Shown: positions 16,999 to 23,700 of the stretch, piece after piece
Numbering within the stretch: position 1 is the stretch's first letter
How the letters are laid out: the number at the start of each line of letters is the position of its first letter
NCBI GenBank assembly: GCA_030593075.1
Contig: JAUVHW010000001.1
Coordinates: 1-58,388 of the forward strand
Origin: Ardenticatenales bacterium
GTDB taxonomy: Bacteria > Chloroflexota > Anaerolineae > Promineifilales > UBA4811
Reading direction: 5' to 3'
DNA length: 58,388 nt
Program-made: the position numbers and the translations under genes
The notes under the pieces: generated by a model
Seen by the model: only the letters and a program-made list of their open reading frames with translations
Database searches by the model: none
Told to the model about the DNA's origin: nothing

Positions 16999-17727
16999 CT
17001 ATCCGCTGCCCAGCAGGCGCATGATCTCTTGTGGTACTGATTTGATGAATTGCGCGCGCTCGGTCAGGAGCGAAAGGCTGGCGATCAGCGCCCCGGCGAA
17101 GAGCGACCCCAGGGCGACCATCAGAAAGATCTGGCCTATCCAGGCAATCGGGCGTAGCCAAGTTGGTCTATCCACTTGCCCCTCACCAGTGGGCTCAGCA
17201 CCAAAGTGGAAATAGAGCAGAGATGAGATCGTGCCGAGTATCACTACTGCGGCAGCTCCGACGTTGACCAGGTCGCTGTGGTCTGGGAGAAGAGGGTTTC
17301 CTGAGCCAGGAAGCAAGGGCAGGGCAGCGGCGTTCACTTGTGGCATCAGAGTCCCCAGAACCGCGCCACCCACGGCCACGGCTGCGCCTACGCCCATCGC
17401 GAATCCCATCACTACGTTGCCATACGGAGCAGTGCGAGGTGATAGTTTCAACAGCAGCAGGACTGCCAGCAACGCGACCACCGGTTGGACCTGCTCCTCA
17501 ATCCCGAGAGCGGCTCCTGACTGCAGTTGCCTGAAGGGTTCGACGAACTGGGGAATGAGCACCGCATAGACAGTCACGACCACCGCGTATGCCAACCCGA
17601 CACCAACCAGTAGGTGTGCTGTCAGCCGGTACAATGGGTTGTCCCCCGCTAGCACGTAGCTGTAGATCATCAGCGTGAGCACGAGGCCCAGCCCCAAGCC
17701 CAGCGCCTGAACCGCTGGGCTAGCCAT
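16999..17727 (-). CDS. polytopic integral membrane protein, unknown family
   Basis: At least six hydrophobic helices. The ATG lies inside the last codons of the giant gene (8-nt overlap). Confidence 0.8.
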   Translation of the reverse strand: MASPAVQALGLGLGLVLTLMIYSYVLAGDNPLYRLTAHLLVGVGLAYAVVVTVYAVLIPQFVEPFRQLQSGAALGIEEQVQPVVALLAVLLLLKLSPRTAPYGNVVMGFAMGVGAAVAVGGAVLGTLMPQVNAAALPLLPGSGNPLLPDHSDLVNVGAAAVVILGTISSLLYFHFGAEPTGEGQVDRPTWLRPIAWIGQIFLMVALGSLFAGALIASLSLLTERAQFIKSVPQEIMRLLGSG

Positions 17728-20700
17728 GATGCGGTCTCCCGACCAGTCCAGCCACGCTCCCCCAGATTAACCCAATGACGGAGAGCAGTACGGCGACGCC
17801 AATCCCCAACGCCTGGGAGTCATTCAAGCTAGCTGCATTCCCCTGCTGGGGCTGTTCGCCTCCAGCCCCGTACCGAGCCGCACCGGAGACACCAGCTACT
17901 ATTCCTTCCAACTGCCTGGGGTCGTTCTGATAGTATGGAAGGGCCCAGGGTTCGAGGCCGGCGCTCACTCCGGTCACTATCGGCACCGCCTCCATGCCCG
18001 GCAGCCGCCTCGTCTGCTCGATCCACCCCGTCAGGTCGTCGCGCGCGGCAGCGAGAACCAGAACTAGATCTACATCGGCCAGCGTATTGGTGAGCCCGCC
18101 AGCTGCCGGGGCGACTCGAGCCAACCCGCTGCCCAGATAGTCGTTCGCAGGGAACACCTTCCAGGGATTGGCGGCAAAGGCCTGCACGCCAACCGCCCCT
18201 CCCGGAATGTAGCCCAGGTTGAGGTAGTCTTGGCCGTATGCATATCCATAGTCGTCGGCCAGCTCTTGCATCAGGCTCTGGGCGGTCTGAGGGCCGGCTG
18301 GCTTGGTGCTCACCGTCAGAATGCGCGCTCTGCGGTCCATCAGATGGCCCACCATGGTGGAGGAAATGGACCCGAGCTCGCCGGCCGTGGCTGGGGAGTA
18401 CTCAAAGGCAACCAGTGCTAGGGCTTCATCCGGGAGGTTTGCCAACACATCATGGGCTGAGCGAATCTGGTCCGCAATCGCCGGCTGGCCGCTGGCCGTA
18501 GGTAGCGGATTCCCCAGAATGACTGGCAGGAGCACTGCCAGCAACACCACGACGGCGATGACGACCTGCTCAATCCAACCCTGCGGACCGCTGGGCGGCG
18601 ACATTTCCCGTCTGGCTGCTGGACCGGCATGGACAATCTGTTCCAGGACCTGAGCATGACGACGCTCGTGCTCGGTAACGGCCAGCTCCTGTGCCGCTTC
18701 CCTCAAGGGGTGCGCGGGGATAGCTAGGTCGGCCGGCAGCGCCCCTCTCACGCCTACGAGCGGGCCTGCTGGTTCCTCCGGTTCGGGCTCGCCTGCTTCC
18801 GTCTCGTCGGTCTTGAGGGCCTCCAGCCAATCCGGGACCACTGCCTGCGAGAGCTCCAGCCCCTCCTCCGGAGCTAGATCCTCTTCGGCGAGTTCGCCCA
18901 GCCGGGCAGGGGCGCCTGAAGGGCGGAGCCAGTCAACGACCTCTGGCTCGACTGTCGCGTCTGGTTCCGGCTGCAGCCAATCTCGAGCCTCTGTCTCTCG
19001 GACGTCCGCTGGTTGCAGCCGTGGAGCCTGGGTGCTCACATCCGGACGCGGCGCGCTGGACTCCTGGGATGATTTCCAGACAGCAGATGCATCGGGTTCT
19101 GGCTGTCTAGCCACGTAGGGAGCCAGCAAGGCGTCCGCCGCCGGCGGGGAATCTCCACCGCCCTCTTGCTCAGCGAGCCACTCCGCGAATTCGGCTGCCG
19201 CGGATGAGTCGCTGTCCCCGGCAAGCCAATCTGGTAGCTCTGGAGGGACCAGCCCGTCTGTCGCCTTCCGCTTCTCGCTCGGGGTCGGCTCCTTAGCGGG
19301 CGGCGGTGCGATTGTGTCAAGCCAGTCTGATAGGGCCTCCGCCTCCGCTGGGGTGGGAGATGGTGCGCGGGACTCCTCGGCCGCCGGCTGGGACGTGAGC
19401 TGCACACGGTCGGCGCCCGTGTCGCTGGGTGGTAGGAGGTCCAGCAGTGCACGGTCCGGCATCTCCAGCGTACCGTCGTCGGGAGTGACCTCCTGGAGCC
19501 AATCCGCGAGCTTGTCGAACTCTGACACCTCCTCCCCGGCCGGTGGTCCAACCTCATCCAGTCTCTCTTGGACAGCTTCGGTGGGCCGCGCTTCCTCGAA
19601 CCGTTCAGGAAGCTCTTCGAGCCCGATGACCGCCCCGGTGGACGGCGGCAGGAGGTCTTCCGGTCTTTCCAGGACGGCTTCGCTGGGCCCCCCTTCACCG
19701 AACTGTTCAGGAAGCTCTTCCAGCCCGATGACTGCCCCGGTGGACGGTGCCCCAGGTGCCTGGGAGATTGCCGGTTGCGGTGCGAATTCCCTCAGCCAAT
19801 CCGGCACCTCGCCAGGCTCTATCTCGGCTTCGGTGGCTGAGGGCGCCCAGCCTGCCGGGGCTTGCAGGCTTTCCTCTTCGGGAGCAACTTGGTCGACCCA
19901 ATCCAGCAACTGACCGGTGTCAATGTCGCCTCTACCTACTCCAAAAAGTGGTGATATCTGTGATTCTACCCCGCCGGAAGGTGGGGGTGGCGCGGCCGGC
20001 TCACCTCCGGCATCAAGGGCAGGCGTCTCGGGAGCGGATTTCCGGGGAGCAAACTCGGCCAGCCAGTCTGGCACTGTTCCGGGTTCGATCTGGCCATCCT
20101 GGGCGGGCGCTGCGAGGTCCGGTGGCCCTTGCTGCTCATCATCGGTGGGAGCGACTTGGTCCACCCAAGCTATTATCTCGCCGGTGTCGATGTCGCCTCT
20201 GCCTACCCCAAACAGCGGCGGTATATCGGGCTGGGCCGGTTGAACTCCCTCTGGCGCCTCACTAGGTGCGATTTGGGCATCCGGAACAGGCGCTGCGGAG
20301 GTGATGCCGCGGGGCGCGAATTCCTCCAGCCAACTTGGCAGTTCGGCGGGGGGCAACTCGTCGCCGGCTGGGATCGTCAGGCCCTCTGGCGCTTCTGGCA
20401 TGCCTTCCTCGGGCGAGACCTGCTCCACCCAAGCCAGCAACTCACTGGTATCGACCTCTCCTCTACCTACTCCGTTGAGGGGCTCGACCTCTGCCACAAC
20501 TTGCTCGAGTGGTTCCTGCGTCCCTGTCGGCTCATCCTCGACCTCGGCGGCCGGGGGTTCCTCGGAGACGGCCTCTCCGGGTGCTAGGGCCGCGAGCCAG
20601 TCGGGCCCCTCGCCCGGTTCAGCAACGCCTTCCGCAGCTTGTGGAGGCACCGCCTCCTTTGCTGGTTCCAGTGTCCTGGCGGGCTCGGCCGGCACTTGGG

Positions 20701-23700
20701 CGACCGCAGGTGCTCCGACAGCTTCCGCAGGGCCAACCTCCTCCGCTGCGTCGGTGGCGGCCTGCCGGGGCGCGAACTCTTCCAGCCAGTCCGGTATTGC
20801 GCCGGGGGCCAGCCCGTCGTCGCCGGCCGCGATCGCCATGCCCTCTGGCATTTCTGCCATGTCCGCCTGGGGCCCGGCTTGGTCTACCCAAGCTATCATC
20901 TCGCCGGTGTCGACCTCTCCTCTGCCTACTCCGATGAGGGGCTCGACCTCTGCCACAACTTGCTCGAGTCGTTCCTGCGTCCCCGTCGGCTCCGCCTCGA
21001 CCTCGGCGGCCGGGGGTTCATCGGAGACGGCCTGTCCGGGTGCTAGCGCTGCGAGCCAATCTGGCACCTCGCCTGGCGCTACCACGCCCTCAAGCTCTAC
21101 GGCCGTCGGCTCCTTGGGGACGGCTTGTCCAGGCGCCAGCGCCGTGAGCCAATCTGGGACCTCGCCCGCTTCAGCGACACCTTCGGCAGCTGGCATCGTC
21201 AGGTCGGCCGGAGCCTCTGCGATGCCCTCCTGTGGTGCAATCTCGTCCACAAAGGCGCGCGGTTCGCTGGTGAGAACTCTGCCCTTACCTGGCTCAAGGG
21301 GAGATGGCTTCTCGGGTTCGACTTGGTCGAGTTCCACGAACGCCTCAGTGACTTCGGCCTCCGGCACTGGAGCCGTAAGGTCCTCCAGCGCCTGCAGTGT
21401 GTCCTCCTGTGGCGCGATTTCATCGACCCAGGCGCGCAGTTCGCCGGTGACGAGTCTGCCTGCGCCGAATTCGGGGGGAGTGGGCATCTCCTGCCCTGGC
21501 TGTTCGAGTGGCGGTGCTTCAGCCAGTTCGGGCGCAGCCTCGCTGGCCGCAGGCTCGCCGGCGGCTGCCGGACCTGCAGCCTGCTTGATGGGTTCTGGCG
21601 CCTCAGGGGCGGCCTCCCGGGGCGCGAAGCCCTCCAGCCAGTCTGGCAGTTCGCCCGGCTCGATCTCAACAGCCTCAGCTCCAATAGCCAGACCCTCTGG
21701 CATCTCTGTCACGACATCCTGGGGCTCTGCTTGGTCCACCCACGCCAGTAGCTCGGTGGTGTCGATCTCTCCTCTGCCTACTCCAATAAGGGGCTCGACC
21801 TCTGGTGCAGTTTCCTCGGCAGGTTCCTCCGCCCCCGTCGGCTCAGGCTCGGCCTCCACAGCTGGGGGCTCTTCGGAGACAGCCTGTCCGGGTGCGAGGG
21901 CCGCAAGCCAGTCGGGCACCTCGCCCGGTTCAGCACTCGGTTCAGCAACGGCTTCGGCAGCATCCTCAGGCGCCTCCTCCGCTGGCTGTAGGGCCTCAGG
22001 GGGCTCAACCTCGGCTTCGGCGGCCGCAAGGACCTGGGCTTCAGGAGGCGCCTCCTCCTCCGCAGAGACAGCCTGCCCGGGTCCGAGAGCCGCAAGCCAA
22101 TCGGGCACCTCTCCCGGTGCAGCAACGGCTTCGGCAGCTTCTGGAGCCGCCTCCTCCACTGGCTGCAGGGCCTCAGGGGGTTCAGCCTCCGCTTCGGCGG
22201 CGGCAGGTGCTTTGACATCTTCCGGCTGGGCAACCTGCTCCGCCGGTTCCGCCGCCTCAGGGGCGGCCGGGCGGGGCGCAGAGTCCTCCAGCCAGTCTGG
22301 CAGCTGGGCGGGTTCAGCCCCGGCCTCGTCGACCGCGATAGCCAAGCCATCTGGTAGCTCTGTCACCTCCTCCTTAGGCCCGACTTGGTCCACCCATGCC
22401 AGCAGTTCGCCGGTGTCGATCTCTCCTTTGCCTACTCCGCTGAGGGGCTGGACCTCTGGTGTAGTTTCCTCAGCAGGTTCCTGCGTCCCCGTCGGCTCAG
22501 GCTCGGCCTCTACAGCTGGGGGCTCCTCGGAGACAGCCTGTCCGGGTGCGAGGGCCGCGAGCCAGTCGGGTATCTCTCCCGGTTCAGCAACGGCTTCGGC
22601 AGCTTCTGGAGCCGCCTCCTCCGCTGGCTGCAGGGCCTCAGGGGGTTCAGCCTCCACTTCGGCGGCGGCAGGTGCTTTGACATCTTCCGGCTGGGCAACC
22701 TGCTCCGCCGGTTCCGCCGCCTCAGGGGCGGCCGGGCGGGGCGCATAGTCCTCCAGCCAATGTGGCAGCTCGCCGGGCTCGATCTCAACCTGCTCGGCTT
22801 CGATGGCTAAAACCTCTGGTGTCTCTGTCAGGTCACGTTGGGGCCCGACTTGGTCCACCCATGCCAGCAGTTCGTCGGTGTCGATCTCTCCTCTGCCTAC
22901 TCCGCTGAGGGGCCCGACCTCTGGTGTAGTTTCCTCAGCAGGTTCCTGCGCCGCCGTCGGCTCAGGCTCGGCCTCTACAGCTGGCGGCTCCTCGGAGACA
23001 GCCTGTCCGGGTGCGAGGGCCGCGAGCCAGTCGGGCACCTCGCCCGGTTCGGTGACAGCTTCGGCGACTTCTGAAGGTACCACGTCCTTTGCCGGTTCCA
23101 GGGCCCCAGGGGGCTCAACCTCCACCTCGGCGGCAGGCTCGGCCTCCGCTTCGACAACTGCAGCCTTCTCGACCGGCTCAGGGGCTTCGGCGCGCCGGTC
23201 CTCTGCCTCGGTAGATTCTCGAGGGGCAGCCTGCTCCATCTGTTCCGCCGCCTCGGCGAGGCCGGTCTCTACCTCGACGGCGACCTCCCCCTCGGCCTCC
23301 GCTTTGGCGGCTTCTGGAGCAGCAATCCCCTCTGCAGGTTGCGGGACCTCAGATGGTTCGGCTCTAGCCTCGACAGCGGGTTCCGCTGACTCGGTAGGGA
23401 CGGCGTGCCGGCGCATTATCTCGCCGAGCCAGCCTGTCTTCCCTTTGGGCTTGACCCTGATCTCGGTGACTTGCTCCTCTGGCCCGGCAGTGGGGGGCTT
23501 GGCTTCCTCGGTGGATACACCGTGCCGACGGACGATGTCGTTGAGCCAGCCTGTCTGTCCCGGGGGCACCGCCCGGACTCCAACCTCATCAGGTTTCTCG
23601 TCTGTCTCCTCCGAGCTTGGCTCAGGCTCCTCGGGGATACCGTGCTGGCGGACGATGTCGCCAAGCCAGTCCGTCTGTCCTGGGGGCGCCGCCCGGACTC

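Noticed and set aside
20301-22748. An 815-aa + strand ORF (and similar ones at 22803..23810, 23814..24605, 25155..26384, 27723..28853) lying antisense to the zinc-ribbon repeat genes.
   Set aside because: These are Ser/Ala/Gly/Pro-rich mirror images of GAG/GCC/CCG-rich codons. They have no motifs, no start context and no TM or domain signatures. The minus-strand frames carry the zinc ribbon, the conserved W-motifs, the TM module and operon-consistent junctions.
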